Positions 45,017 to 55,420 are shown, counted from the stretch's first letter. The stretch is DNA of 61,514 nt from Acidimicrobiaceae bacterium (GCA_003139355.1 PLIM01000101.1:1-61514); one strand, 5' to 3'. Translations and numbers: made by a program. The notes: a model not told the origin generated them from the sequence alone.

Positions 45017-47517
45017 GGCAGGACGCGGGCAACGAGATCGGCGTCGGTTCCGGTCTCTTGCGGCACCTGCACGCTATAGCGGGCGACGCCGCCGCGCCAT
45101 TCTTCGAAGCGGGTGGCCAGCGGGTGGGCCTCGCCAAGATTCGGCGCGACCCAGAGCTGCACGGTCACATCGGAGGGCTCGAGGGAACCGAGGTCTACGA
45201 CGATCTTGGCCCGCATTGCACCACCTGGAGCGACCGTGACGTCCTCGATGGAGACGCGAATGGCGGGCCAAGCGCCGCGTAGTCGTTCAAGAGCCAACGC
45301 AAGAGCGCGGGCGCGCGCGCCGCGGTTTGCCGCGAGCCAGCGCGCGCGGTGCGAGCCTGGCAGGTAGAAGGACTCGACGTAGTCGCGCACCATCCGGTGC
45401 ACGCTCCAGGTCGGGGCCAGGCTCGCCATCGACTGGCGGATCGAGGCCAGCCAGGCACGGGGCAAGCCCTGGGCATCGCGGTCGTAGAAGCTCGGAACGA
45501 TCTTGTACTCGAGCAAGTCGTACAGCGACTCGGCATCGCTCGCGTCCTGTGCGTCGAGGTCCTCGTAATGTTTGCCCGTTCCGATGCACCAGCCGATCGG
45601 CGCCGCGCCCGGATCGGCGTCGTTCCAGACCTCGTCCCACCAGCCATCGAGCGTGCTGAAGTTCAGGGAACCGTTCTCGCCAGCCTTCATGCCGCCAACG
45701 CCGCACGCCTCCAGCGGTCGCCGCGGAGTGTTCAGCCACAGGTCGACGCCCTGCGCAAGGGCCCTGTCCATCGTGAGGTCGAAGTCCTCGATGAACACGA
45801 CTCGATGCTCGAATCGGTGTCGCTGCGCGAACTCGACGACTTCGCGTAGCAGCTGCTTGCCGAACTCGTCGTGGGGATGGGCCTTGCCGCCGAAGATGAT
45901 CTGAATGGGACGGTCCGGATCGCCGAGGATACGCGCGAGGCGGTCGGGGTCACGCAGGAACAGCGTGGGGCGCTTGTACGCGACGAATCGACCGACGAAG
46001 CCAATCGTGAGCGCATCGGGGTCAAGGAGCGCATTGGCGGCCGCAAGACGCTTTGCGCCGGCGCCGCGGCGCGCAAGCTGCTCTTTGCGGCGGACCCGAG
46101 TGAACTCGATGAGCCGGGCGCGGGCGCGGCACCTTGCATTCCAAAGCGCCTCGTCGTCGACCTCGATCAGCGGCTCCCACGAGTCCGGTGAGCCCGGCAT
46201 CGTCCGCCAGTGCGAACCGAGCTGACGGTCGAGGAGCTCCTCGATCTCGGTGGATGTCCATGATCTGAAGTGGACACCGTCGGTGACGTGGCCGATCGGC
46301 ACCTCGTTCAACGGCAGCCTTGGCCAAAGGCCGCCCCACTGGTCCCGAGTCACCCTGCCGTGCAACCGGCTCACTCCGTTGGCGGCACCAGCGAGCCGCA
46401 GTGCAAGCACCGTCGGGCAGAACGAGTCAAGTGGGTCATCAGGTCGGTAACGGCCGAGTGAGCTGAGCGTCTCGAGATCGATGCCGAGCAGTTGGGCGTA
46501 GGGAGCGAGGTACCGATTGGCCAGCTCGGCCGGGAAGTAGTCGTGCCCGGCAGCGACCGGGGTATGTGTCGTGAACAGCAGTCCAGGTGCCGCGGCAAGG
46601 CGCGCTTCGGCGAATGAGAGCCCGTCGCGTGCCATCACCAGACGAATTCGCTCCAGCGCGGCGAAGGCGGTGTGCCCCTCATTGAGGTGCGCCATTTCGG
46701 GATCGTGACCGAGCGCTTGAAGCGCACGGACACCACCGATACCGAGAACGATCTCTTGTTGGATACGCCTCTCCCAGTCACCGCCGTAGAGCCTTGCGGT
46801 GATCTCGCGGTCGGTTCGCCGGTTCTGCCTGACGTCGGTGTCGAGCAGGTACAGCCGGACCCGTCCGACAAGCACGGTCCATACCTGGGCAACTACGTTG
46901 CGCCCAGGCAGCGGAACCTTGACCCGCACCGGACGGCCCATTGCGTCGCATGCCACCTCGACGGGCAGCTGCTCGAAGTCGAGAACCTCCCACGACTCCT
47001 GCTGCAGCCCGCGATCGTCCAGCCACTGGTGCGACGTCTCGCGGTAGAGCAGACCAACTCCGACGGCCGGAACGCCAAGTGCGCTCGACGACTTGAGGAA
47101 CTCGCCGGCGACGGTACCAAGGCCGCCCGCGAACACCGGTAGTGAGTCCGTGAGAGCGAACTCCGCGGCAAAGTATGCAACCTCGAACTGGCGGTCCTTC
47201 CGGTGCGTCTGCTGGAACCAGGTCCTGGTGCGCTTCGCCTCGTAACGGGCTGCGCCATCGACGACAACCGCTGCGCGCTGAGCGAGATCCGGGTCGGACG
47301 CAAGCCGCTCCTCTACAGCGGCGCGTCCGAGACCGATCAGCAGGCGACGAGGCCATTCGAGCGCAGAAGGCCCGGCCGTCGGATCGAGGCACGCGAAAAG
47401 GGCGCGCGTGCGCGCGTGCCAGGTCCATCCCAGGTTCGTCGCCACACCGAGGAGGTCATCGAACCCTACGACTTGGCGCCGCGATCTCTTCAGAGTGGAC
47501 CGACGAGCCGTGATCAC
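44959..47517 (-). CDS. alpha-glucan family phosphorylase, long paralogue (852 aa)
   Basis: [25 protein letters not shown] and a variant PLP motif [14 protein letters not shown]. First gene of the glucan operon. Confidence 0.9.
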   Translation of the reverse strand: MITARRSTLKRSRRQVVGFDDLLGVATNLGWTWHARTRALFACLDPTAGPSALEWPRRLLIGLGRAAVEERLASDPDLAQRAAVVVDGAARYEAKRTRTWFQQTHRKDRQFEVAYFAAEFALTDSLPVFAGGLGTVAGEFLKSSSALGVPAVGVGLLYRETSHQWLDDRGLQQESWEVLDFEQLPVEVACDAMGRPVRVKVPLPGRNVVAQVWTVLVGRVRLYLLDTDVRQNRRTDREITARLYGGDWERRIQQEIVLGIGGVRALQALGHDPEMAHLNEGHTAFAALERIRLVMARDGLSFAEARLAAAPGLLFTTHTPVAAGHDYFPAELANRYLAPYAQLLGIDLETLSSLGRYRPDDPLDSFCPTVLALRLAGAANGVSRLHGRVTRDQWGGLWPRLPLNEVPIGHVTDGVHFRSWTSTEIEELLDRQLGSHWRTMPGSPDSWEPLIEVDDEALWNARCRARARLIEFTRVRRKEQLARRGAGAKRLAAANALLDPDALTIGFVGRFVAYKRPTLFLRDPDRLARILGDPDRPIQIIFGGKAHPHDEFGKQLLREVVEFAQRHRFEHRVVFIEDFDLTMDRALAQGVDLWLNTPRRPLEACGVGGMKAGENGSLNFSTLDGWWDEVWNDADPGAAPIGWCIGTGKHYEDLDAQDASDAESLYDLLEYKIVPSFYDRDAQGLPRAWLASIRQSMASLAPTWSVHRMVRDYVESFYLPGSHRARWLAANRGARARALALALERLRGAWPAIRVSIEDVTVAPGGAMRAKIVVDLGSLEPSDVTVQLWVAPNLGEAHPLATRFEEWRGGVARYSVQVPQETGTDADLVARVLPCHPALTDPCVPNLITWSD

Positions 47518-47614
47518 ACACCTCCTTCACGCCATGATCGCACGGGAGGATCTGGCGTGCTGGCGCGCACGCAATGCCGGTTCTGTCGCCTGGTCGCCTC
47601 GCCGGGCACCCCGG

Positions 47615-48898
47615 CTAAGCGGTCTGATCCGGGCCGGCCACGTCGATTCTCGGAGAGCCGCGCCTTTCGAGCCGAACCGAGGCGAGCCGGTGCCGGGAGA
47701 GCAGCGCCCCGCCGGCGGCGGCCACCAAGCAGGACAGTGCGCCCACAACCATGCCGATCCGGGCGTCGGACTCCTCGATCACCAAGCCGATCACCGGCCC
47801 TCCGATCGGCGTGGTTCCCTGAAAGCCGAGCTGCCAGAGCGACAAGACTCGGCCGCGCATGTTGGGAGCCGCCGAGAGCTGGATCGTCGAGTTCCCGATG
47901 GATACGAACGACACGCTCGCCCAGCCGACAAAGAGCAGCCCGAAATAGGAGAGCCAAAGCACAGGAGCCAGGGCGGTGAACCCGATCGCGAGCCCGAAAC
48001 CTATGGCGGAAATGATCATCGGCCTGATCCCGATCCGGCCCCGGGCGGCGGTCAGCAGGCCGCCGGCGACCGCCCCGAGGCCCATCGCCGAGGTCATGAA
48101 GCCGTAGGCCTCCGAGCCGCCATGGAAGGTGACCTTCGCGAGGACCGGGAGCGAGACCTGGAACTCGTAGGCGAGCATGCCGACAAGCCCCATCATCACG
48201 AGCGGCACCGCTATGTCTGTGGTGTGGGCGGCGTAGGCGAAACCTTCCCGCAGCTGGCCCTTTGCCCGGGGTTCCGGCTGGGTCGGCCGCAGGGCCGAGC
48301 GGTTCATGACCAGCAGTGAGGTGACGACCGCCGCGAAGCTGGCCGCGTTGGCCAGGAAGCAAACCCCGTCGCCGACCGTGGCGATGAGGATCCCGGCGAT
48401 CGCCGGCCCGATCGCACGGGCGGCGTTGCTGGTCACCGAGTTCAAGGTGACGGCGTTGCGCAGCTCCTCCCGCCCCACCATCTCCCGGACGAAGGCCTGT
48501 CGGGAGGGGTTCTCGAAGGTGTTGTTCAGGCCCAGCACGACAGCGAGGACGCAGACCTCCCACAAGTGCACCACGCCGAGCACGGTGAGAAGCCCGAGCG
48601 TGAGCGCCTGGAGGCCCATGCAAGTCTGCAACAGGACCATCAACCGGCGCTTGTCCACCCGATCGGCGATGACGCCGCCGTAGGAGGCAAATACCAGGAC
48701 GGGGAGGGTCTGGAGTGCGACGACGTAGCCGAGGTCGATGGCCGAGTGGGTGAGGGTGAGCACCAGCCACGCCTGGGCGGTCGTTTGCATCCAGGTTCCC
48801 ACGAGGGAGATCGACTGCCCAGTGAAGTAGAGACGGTAGTTGTGGACCTTGAGCGACGAGAAGGTCTTCCGGCCGAGCCGGCTCAGACGGCGTCTCAA
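47615..48898 (-). CDS. MFS transporter
   Basis: 427 aa and polytopic. The TTG start overlaps the MarR stop (TTGA). Confidence 0.88.
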   Translation of the reverse strand: MRRRLSRLGRKTFSSLKVHNYRLYFTGQSISLVGTWMQTTAQAWLVLTLTHSAIDLGYVVALQTLPVLVFASYGGVIADRVDKRRLMVLLQTCMGLQALTLGLLTVLGVVHLWEVCVLAVVLGLNNTFENPSRQAFVREMVGREELRNAVTLNSVTSNAARAIGPAIAGILIATVGDGVCFLANAASFAAVVTSLLVMNRSALRPTQPEPRAKGQLREGFAYAAHTTDIAVPLVMMGLVGMLAYEFQVSLPVLAKVTFHGGSEAYGFMTSAMGLGAVAGGLLTAARGRIGIRPMIISAIGFGLAIGFTALAPVLWLSYFGLLFVGWASVSFVSIGNSTIQLSAAPNMRGRVLSLWQLGFQGTTPIGGPVIGLVIEESDARIGMVVGALSCLVAAAGGALLSRHRLASVRLERRGSPRIDVAGPDQTA

Positions 48899-49383
48899 GG
48901 GCGACTGCCTTTGAGCTGCTCGGCGATTGCCTCGAGCACCGGCAGGCCGGCACGCAGCGCTGCCTGCTCGCCGGCAGGGAGCTTGGCGAGCAGCGCGCTC
49001 AGCGAGTCGCTGCGCTCCGCACGGATCCGCTCGTGCAGCCGCTTGCCGGCCGGGGTGGCCGCGACGAGTGCCGCGCGGCGGTCATCCGGGTCGCTCCGCC
49101 GAACGATGAGGCCGGAATCCTCGAGGTTTCGGATGACACGGGAGAGCATGCTCGGGTTCATCCCCTCCGCTCGGGCGAGATCAGACAGGCCCACCGGTCC
49201 ACGCCGGACGGTGGTAGCAAGCACGGTCGTCTCCACGGAGGTCAGCGCTGCACCCGCCCTGGTCCGCTCGAGCCGTCGGAAGAGCCGGGCGATAACCATG
49301 CGGAGGCGGACGGACACGTCCTCTTCGGCTGCTGTCGCCTCGAGCTCCGGCCGGAGCTTGATCGTGCCGCTCTCTGCCGGCAT
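48895..49383 (-). CDS. MarR-family transcriptional regulator
   Basis: wHTH segment LSDLARAEGMNPSMLSRVIRNLEDSGLIVRRSDPDDRRA. The start is set at ATG 49383. The longest ORF reaches 49470. Confidence 0.88.
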   Translation of the reverse strand: MPAESGTIKLRPELEATAAEEDVSVRLRMVIARLFRRLERTRAGAALTSVETTVLATTVRRGPVGLSDLARAEGMNPSMLSRVIRNLEDSGLIVRRSDPDDRRAALVAATPAGKRLHERIRAERSDSLSALLAKLPAGEQAALRAGLPVLEAIAEQLKGSRP

Positions 49384-49646
49384 TCTCCACGCCCTTCCCG
49401 TTGCCGCTCCCAACCCGATGCTCCACAGTTTTGCTTGCCGGACAGCAACTATTATACGGCGCGAGCTCACCGGCGACGCGCCCGTGCGGAAAAGGTGGAG
49501 GACTGCGCGGAGCTTGGTTCAGATGCACCCGTGCTGTCCTGCTGGGCTCGGCGGTACTGAATCCCGTCAGCCGGTCATCGAGCAGCCGCTGCGCCGACGG
49601 CCACACGCGTCGGTGTCCACGGCAGTCTCGTCGTCGGGACCCGGTT

Positions 49647-50575
49647 CTATCCCCAGTTCTCGTGCGGCCATAGCACCGGTGCCGCGGGGGTCACCTCGAA
49701 CGCGTTCGGGAGCAGCGCAACCTGGCCCGCCCCGGTGACGACCTGCGCCGCGACGACCCCGGCAACCTCCGGCACGATCACCTTCACGTGGGTGTCGGTG
49801 ACCGCCGCGTCGGGAGCCAGGTGGGCCGTCAATTTGCCAACCGTGACAGTCGAAGGGGTCGCAGGGTCCGTGCCACCGCCCAGATTGGATCCGTAAATGG
49901 TGATCCTCTCGCCCGGAGGACCCTTCTGCGGGGTGACCGCCGTCACAGTAAGCGGAGCCGAGCTACCGGCTTTCTTCGCAACGTAGGCCGCGGCCGAGGC
50001 CGACGTCAGTCCCACGAGCGTGTCGGGCAGTACAGGAAGCTTGACGGGGCTGTGGACGAAGGCGACGAAGAAGGCCAGCAGAGCCACGAGGTTGAAGACG
50101 AAGTACTGGCGTCCCCCAGGTCCAGGTTGTCCTTGTCGTCGGATATGACCTCCTTCAGCGCCTCCCTCAGTTTCTTTCGTGGCGAGCTGGCGGGAGTCTT
50201 CGCACTGGTCCCGTTTGTCACCTGGCCCGATGTGATGGCCTTCGAGCCGACCGCCGCACCCGCCGGAAAGCCGAGGAGGAGGAGGTAACGCGGATCGAGT
50301 GTGCTCTGCGGGTAGGTGAAATCGTGGAAGACGATCACCAGCAATGCGAAGGCCAGCGCTACGGTCCACAGCGCGAGCTGAACCTTGGATGTCGACACAC
50401 GATCGTCCGAGCCGAGGACGGCATACCAGAATCGCCTGACCTTCTTCTCGTGGTCGTCCCTGTTCTTCGTGCCGCACAGCTGGTAGAGCAGGCCCAGGAA
50501 CGCGAGCAGGCAGACCGCCGCCAGACTGTACGACCACGCCAGGTCGAGTCCCTGGGGTGCCACGCCGGAGATCAC
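49647..50575 (-). pseudogene. polytopic membrane protein with a C-terminal IPT/TIG-like domain, interrupted by a 1-nt frameshift
   Basis: The N-terminal part sits in the frame of ORF 50006-50575 (coding-like to ..DKDNLDLGD). The C-terminal part sits in the frame of ORF 49647-50654 (from QYFVFNLVALLAFF.. to the Ig-like LTVTAVTPQKGPPGERITIYGSNLGG). The switch is near 50106-50117. Confidence 0.6.
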
Positions 50576-50751
50576 AACTCAGATTCTCGGCCACCGGGGT
50601 GCCCGTGTCCAGGGTCGAGCCACGCCACATCGTCGATCGGTCGCACGACAACATCGGGCCGTCGCGATGTTCGCTACGACACCACTGCTCGCGGATGTCC
50701 GGCGCGGCGCGACCGGAGTCTCCGCGATGCCGACACGGCTCGGTTCGGCTT

Positions 50752-51420
50752 CTAGCGGAAGTTGAGCGCGAGCGGAGCCGAACCTGGGTGACAGGCGGTC
50801 CAAGTCAGCCCTTCCGGCCAGTCGACGACATCGGGTGAGGCCGGAACGGGGGCTCCGGTCGCTGAACCGCCTTGCGCGGGGTAGAACACTATGGGCTCGA
50901 CCGAGACGTCACTTGACAGCCCGAGCGCGTCCGCCATTTCGATCGAGATCGTGTTGACACCGTCGCTCTTGATGCGCCGGCAGTCATAGGTTCCGAACCG
51001 AAGGCTGATCTCGAGGCTCGAATGCGCCCGCACGAGCGCCTCTCCGCCCCAGCTCGCTGACGTCGGCCCATCTGCCGAGCTCGATTTCGTGAACAAATAG
51101 CTCGGGTTGCCGAGACCGATCTCATGATCGTCGATACCGGTGATCGTGGCTTGAAACCACCCGTTGTTCCGCACGAGGAAGGACAGGCTCGGACCTGATC
51201 GGCCGTGCGCCTCGGTCCACATCACCCCTCCGGCGCCCCCGGCGCTGAGCCGAGGGGTGAAAAGCCCGCTTGGGGCGAGGATTGCAACAGCGCACAGGAC
51301 AGCCAAGACGGCCAGCGCGACGAGCAGCATTCTCACCCTCGTGCGGGGTCGGGGAACCAACAGGTCGACCGGATCCGACGGTTCAGGCGGTGCGGCTTGC
51401 GCGGCGAGCACGATCGTCAT
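50752..51420 (-). CDS. membrane-anchored hypothetical protein
   Basis: One TM helix (MLLVALAVLAVLCAVAIL) followed by a ~170-aa extracytoplasmic-looking domain. The start is uncertain (51489, 51420 or 51330). Confidence 0.55.
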   Translation of the reverse strand: MTIVLAAQAAPPEPSDPVDLLVPRPRTRVRMLLVALAVLAVLCAVAILAPSGLFTPRLSAGGAGGVMWTEAHGRSGPSLSFLVRNNGWFQATITGIDDHEIGLGNPSYLFTKSSSADGPTSASWGGEALVRAHSSLEISLRFGTYDCRRIKSDGVNTISIEMADALGLSSDVSVEPIVFYPAQGGSATGAPVPASPDVVDWPEGLTWTACHPGSAPLALNFR

Positions 51421-51436
51421 ACTGTCATGAGACAAT

Positions 51437-52357
51437 GTGACGGTCAAGGGAGGCTCGTTGCCCGACGTCGTGCTTGGCCTGTTGGCCATTCTCGCGGTGG
51501 TGCTGGTCAGAAGCCGTGTGCGAGACCTCCCGCAGGCGGATGGCGAGCCGGAGACCTTCTGCGCAGTTCATGGCGTGCCCGTTACCGACAGCTCACTGCG
51601 CCTTGTGGACCGCTATCTCGGTCGATCTGCCAGATTCCGGTCAGGCTGGACTTGGATCGGGATCGCTCTCTGGGCGGTGCTGAGCTTCGCATGGGGCCCG
51701 ACAGCAGGTCGAACGGTCGGGCTCGCGGCCTACCCGCCGACTTCCAACATCTTCCTGATGGGTCTTGCTGCCTGGTTCGTCGGTCTGGTTCGCTGCGAGA
51801 CCTACAACCTTCGCCCGCACGTTCACGGACCGAGAGAAGCCTCCCTCATGCCCAGACCGGTCGAGCGATACGCACCCAGACGCCTTCTGATCCACAACCG
51901 CATCGCAGTCGCCGTGAGCTGGCTTGTCGTCGCGCTCGACCTGGTGCTTCCAGGTCCGCGGGAGCACTTCGACGTCGTCGTCGTCTTTGCCGCCCTGTCG
52001 GTCGTCGCCCTCGTCGTGGGCGAGCTGTGCCAGCGCGGGATCGCCGTGCGCGCTCGTCCCGCGCTGGGTGCCGACCTCCTGGCCGCGGACGAAGCGATCC
52101 GGACCGTGGCGGCTCGTTCGGTGGGCTACGGCACGGCGGGTTTGGAGGCGCTGCTGGTCGGACTACAGAGCTGGCTCCTCGCTCAAGCTCCCCCAGCCGT
52201 CGCGACAACCCCGGTTCGCACATTGCTCGGCTCGGTCGGGTTCGCCTTGATCATCTGGGCGGCTGCGCTGGCCCTGAACGCCCGACGTCAGATGCAGCCC
52301 TGGCGCGACCGAAGCGCCTCCCGCTTGCAGCAGCATGGGCCCGTGCCGATCCGATGA
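51437..52357 (+). CDS. polytopic membrane protein of unknown function
   Basis: 306 aa with about 6-7 hydrophobic segments. Its stop overlaps the ATG of the following GntR gene (ATGA). Confidence 0.6.
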   Translation: MTVKGGSLPDVVLGLLAILAVVLVRSRVRDLPQADGEPETFCAVHGVPVTDSSLRLVDRYLGRSARFRSGWTWIGIALWAVLSFAWGPTAGRTVGLAAYPPTSNIFLMGLAAWFVGLVRCETYNLRPHVHGPREASLMPRPVERYAPRRLLIHNRIAVAVSWLVVALDLVLPGPREHFDVVVVFAALSVVALVVGELCQRGIAVRARPALGADLLAADEAIRTVAARSVGYGTAGLEALLVGLQSWLLAQAPPAVATTPVRTLLGSVGFALIIWAAALALNARRQMQPWRDRSASRLQQHGPVPIR

Positions 52358-52743
52358 TCGTCCGAATCGACCCGGAGTCTGCGGTACCGGTCTACGAACA
52401 GATCCGCGCCCAGATCGTCCTGATGGTCGCATCCGGGACGCTCGTGCCCGGGACACAGCTCCCTACCATCCGTCAGCTCGCAAGTGACCTCGGCCTTGCC
52501 AAAGGGACTGTCAGCAAAGCCTACGAAGCACTGGTGAGCCAAGGCGCTGTCGAGAGCAAGGGCAGGCATGGCACGGTCGTTGCTCCGCACAGATCGGAAG
52601 TCAACCCGGCAGTCGCGGAGCACCGGCTGCGCGAGAGCGCTCTCCAGCTCGCGGTCACCGCGCAACAGGTTGGGGCGTCCAAAGCCGAGGTGCGGCGGTG
52701 GCTCAACGAGGCGATGGGCCAGATTCGCGGCGCAAGCACGTAG
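52354..52743 (+). CDS. short GntR-family (YtrA-like) transcriptional regulator
   Basis: 129 aa. HTH segment VYEQIRAQIVLMVASGTLVPGTQLPTIRQLASDLGLAKGTVSKAYEAL. It occupies the last part of the composite ORF 51205-52743. Confidence 0.85.
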   Translation: MIVRIDPESAVPVYEQIRAQIVLMVASGTLVPGTQLPTIRQLASDLGLAKGTVSKAYEALVSQGAVESKGRHGTVVAPHRSEVNPAVAEHRLRESALQLAVTAQQVGASKAEVRRWLNEAMGQIRGAST

Positions 52744-52875
52744 TGGCCTCCGCCGTCGGGAGGAGCACGCATCGCGGCGCCTCTCAGTCCTCCAGGTCGC
52801 TGTCGGACACAGTCGCGTGCAGCGGCCTGAGAGGGACCGGGAGACGACCCGACGCATGCCTTCGCAGGCCAGACA

Positions 52876-54288
52876 TCACTCGAGCCCCGCAGCGGTGCGA
52901 CTGACCTCCTCGACGATGGCATCGACGTCGGCCCGAGTCGTCCTCAGATTCGTGAAGCAAGCTCGTAGGCATACGCGTCCTCCGACTCGGGCGCGTCCGA
53001 GAAAGGCCAGGCCGTCGCGGAGGAGAACCCTCAGCACCTCCGCGTTGTGTGCATCGTCCAGATTGCGAACGCGGAAACAGACCGCCGTGAGGGTCACCGG
53101 CGCCAGGAGCTCCAGAGTCGGTTGTGCTTCGACGAGCTCGCCCATGTACGCGGCGAGGTCGAGAACCCCATCGATGGCCGTCGTGTAGGCGTTGATCCCG
53201 CAGGCTCGCAAGCTCCACCAGATCTTGAGGGCCTTGAACCCCCGTGACAGTTGCGGCCCGTATTCGGCGTAGTGCAGGAGGTCGGGCTCTTCGGGCATGG
53301 ACAGGTACGTCGAGGGAAAGCTGAAGACATCCTGCCAGGACTCTGGGTCTCGGAACAAGACACAGCCTGCCTCCAGCGGCATGAAGAGCAACTTGTGAGG
53401 ATCCAGGGTGAGCGAGTCCGCCTGACCAGCCGCCACGAGTTGGTCGCGGACACGGGAACTGAAGACTGCGAACGCGCCGTAGGCGCCATCGACGTGCAAC
53501 CACAGCCGTTCCTCTCCGCAGTAGGCGACCAGCTCTTCAAGGGGGTCTATGGCTCCCGTCGTGATCGTTCCAGCCGTGGCCACAACGCAGAACGACACTC
53601 TTCCTGCGGATCGATCAGCGGCCACAGCCTCCCGTAACAGGTCGAGGCGGATCCGGAACCTGTCATCGGTTGGGATGCGCACCACATTGTTGAGACCGAG
53701 GCCGACGAGCGCTGCCGCCTTGTCGATGGAGTTGTGGGCTTCCTCGGATGTGTAGAGCACAATCGGCGCACCGCCACCTTGCAGGCCCTCGGAGCGGGAG
53801 ACGACCGGTTCTCGTGAGTCGCGAGCAGCGACTAGGGCGGAGAGGTTCGCCATTGAGCCGCCGCTGGTGATGATGCCCCCGCCTCCCTGGATGGCGAAGA
53901 GCTCGCTGAACCAAGAGATCACCTTCTGTTCGATGGCATTGGCGGCAGGCGAGAGTGTCCACAGGTTGCAGTTCTGGTTGAGCGCGGCGGCGGCCGCTTC
54001 GGCAAAGGGAGCGACGCCGGTCGAAGAGGCGAGTACATAGGCGAGAAAGCGCGGATGGGCGATCTGCGTTGAGTTGGCAATGATGTCGGCGCCAAGCTCA
54101 GCAAAGAGCTCCTCGATGGAACGACCCTCTGCAGGCAACGGCTCGTCAAGGAGGCGTCGGATGACAGCGCGGTCGAGCACAGGAAAGACCGGCCGAGAAG
54201 CGATTCCCTCTTGGTAGGCGGCGAGGAACTCTCCGAGGTGGCGACCTGCCGCCCGAAGTTCATCGGAATCAAGCAGAAGTCCGTTCAC
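52876..54288 (-). CDS. group II PLP-dependent amino-acid decarboxylase
   Basis: SGGSMANLSAL and LTLDPHKLLFMP (PLP Lys). 470 aa. Confidence 0.9.
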   Translation of the reverse strand: MNGLLLDSDELRAAGRHLGEFLAAYQEGIASRPVFPVLDRAVIRRLLDEPLPAEGRSIEELFAELGADIIANSTQIAHPRFLAYVLASSTGVAPFAEAAAAALNQNCNLWTLSPAANAIEQKVISWFSELFAIQGGGGIITSGGSMANLSALVAARDSREPVVSRSEGLQGGGAPIVLYTSEEAHNSIDKAAALVGLGLNNVVRIPTDDRFRIRLDLLREAVAADRSAGRVSFCVVATAGTITTGAIDPLEELVAYCGEERLWLHVDGAYGAFAVFSSRVRDQLVAAGQADSLTLDPHKLLFMPLEAGCVLFRDPESWQDVFSFPSTYLSMPEEPDLLHYAEYGPQLSRGFKALKIWWSLRACGINAYTTAIDGVLDLAAYMGELVEAQPTLELLAPVTLTAVCFRVRNLDDAHNAEVLRVLLRDGLAFLGRARVGGRVCLRACFTNLRTTRADVDAIVEEVSRTAAGLE

Positions 54289-54366
54289 GTCAGTCGCTCC
54301 TGGTCGGTCGTTGTCCGGTTGAGGCGGGTGCTACAGGAAGTCCTGCCCGGCGCGGCGGACCGGACC

Positions 54367-55269
54367 CTAGGCGGATTCGTGAGCGGTCGGACTCCCCGCG
54401 ATGCTGTGCTCCGCCTGGGCCAGCAACTCGACGACGTGGCGCCCGAAGTGGACGTCGCACGGGTGGCTGCACTCTCCGGTCGCCGCGCACTCGACGAGCT
54501 CCTGCAGCGCCACGCAGAGCGCGTCCTCGGGCGAGGTCGAGCCCGGCGGCATCGTCGACAGCCCCGAAGCACCCCACAGGGTGACCTCGACGTGGCCCGC
54601 CTCGGGCGGCGCCCCGAGCGTCATCGAGACCGTGCTCGTGGCACCGCCCTGGTGGTGGAGCACGAGGTGGACGAGGTCCCCGGCGCCGGCATCGGCGGTG
54701 ACGCCCACCACGCTTCCGAGCGCAGGAGAGAGAATGGACAGGGCGTGTGGACCGACGTCCCACAGTGCCCCCTTCTCCCGCCGCCAAGCCGATGCACCAT
54801 AGGGGCTACCCGGTGCAAAGGCAGAGGCGATCCACAGCGCCCATCCGCCACGCCAGCCACCCGTCCGTGCGGCATCGGCAAGCCATTCCCGATGGGATTC
54901 GAAGAAACGGGTCGTGAAGAAGACGACCGAGGCGACTCCCGCCTCTTCGACGGCCGCTTCGAGATGCCGGGCGGCTGAGGGCGAGGTCGCTATCGGCTTC
55001 TCGAGGAGCAGGTGCCTGCCTGCCCTTGCCGCTCGGACGGCCAGATCGGCCTGGACGTCCGGTGGCACGGAAAAAGCGACCGCCTCGACGTCCTCGAGCA
55101 TCGACTCGTACTCAGGGTACGACCGAACTCCGAATTCCTCGGCAAGCTCTGCAGCCCGGACGGGATCTCGCCCCCACACGCCCGCGAAGTCGACGGCCGG
55201 TTCCCGGGAAAGGGCGACCGCGTGGGTGACCCGGGCCCAGTGGCCCGTCCCCACGAGCCCGAACCTCAT
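54367..55269 (-). CDS. Gfo/Idh/MocA-family oxidoreductase
   Basis: Rossmann N-terminus MRFGLVGTGHWA. The EKP motif is present (LLLEKPIA). The start is set at ATG 55269. Confidence 0.88.
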   Translation of the reverse strand: MRFGLVGTGHWARVTHAVALSREPAVDFAGVWGRDPVRAAELAEEFGVRSYPEYESMLEDVEAVAFSVPPDVQADLAVRAARAGRHLLLEKPIATSPSAARHLEAAVEEAGVASVVFFTTRFFESHREWLADAARTGGWRGGWALWIASAFAPGSPYGASAWRREKGALWDVGPHALSILSPALGSVVGVTADAGAGDLVHLVLHHQGGATSTVSMTLGAPPEAGHVEVTLWGASGLSTMPPGSTSPEDALCVALQELVECAATGECSHPCDVHFGRHVVELLAQAEHSIAGSPTAHESA

Positions 55270-55420
55270 GGCGCGTTCCGCCTGTCCGCGAGTTGGCCAC
55301 TCGAGCACGACCTCGTCGGCGAGCGGCGCGGCGTCTGGTCGGAATGCAGCGGCGTCACCGTGACAAGATACCGGCCTTTGACCCGCTCGAGGTGCCTGTC
55401 ACAATGGCCTCGTCCGAGCT

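Noticed and set aside
47514-48953. 479-aa minus-strand ORF overlapping the MFS gene
   Set aside because: It is an alternative frame of the same strand. The 427-aa frame gives a coherent 12-TM transporter, whereas this frame is Arg/Gly/Pro-rich.
50100-50120. Programmed ribosomal frameshift in the IPT/TIG membrane protein
   Set aside because: There is no slippery heptamer and no downstream structure. A simple 1-nt indel next to a homopolymer is the simpler explanation.
51205-52743. 512-aa plus-strand ORF
   Set aside because: It is a composite. Only the last 129 codons (from ATG 52354) encode the GntR regulator. The upstream part is an out-of-frame read-through of the membrane protein gene.
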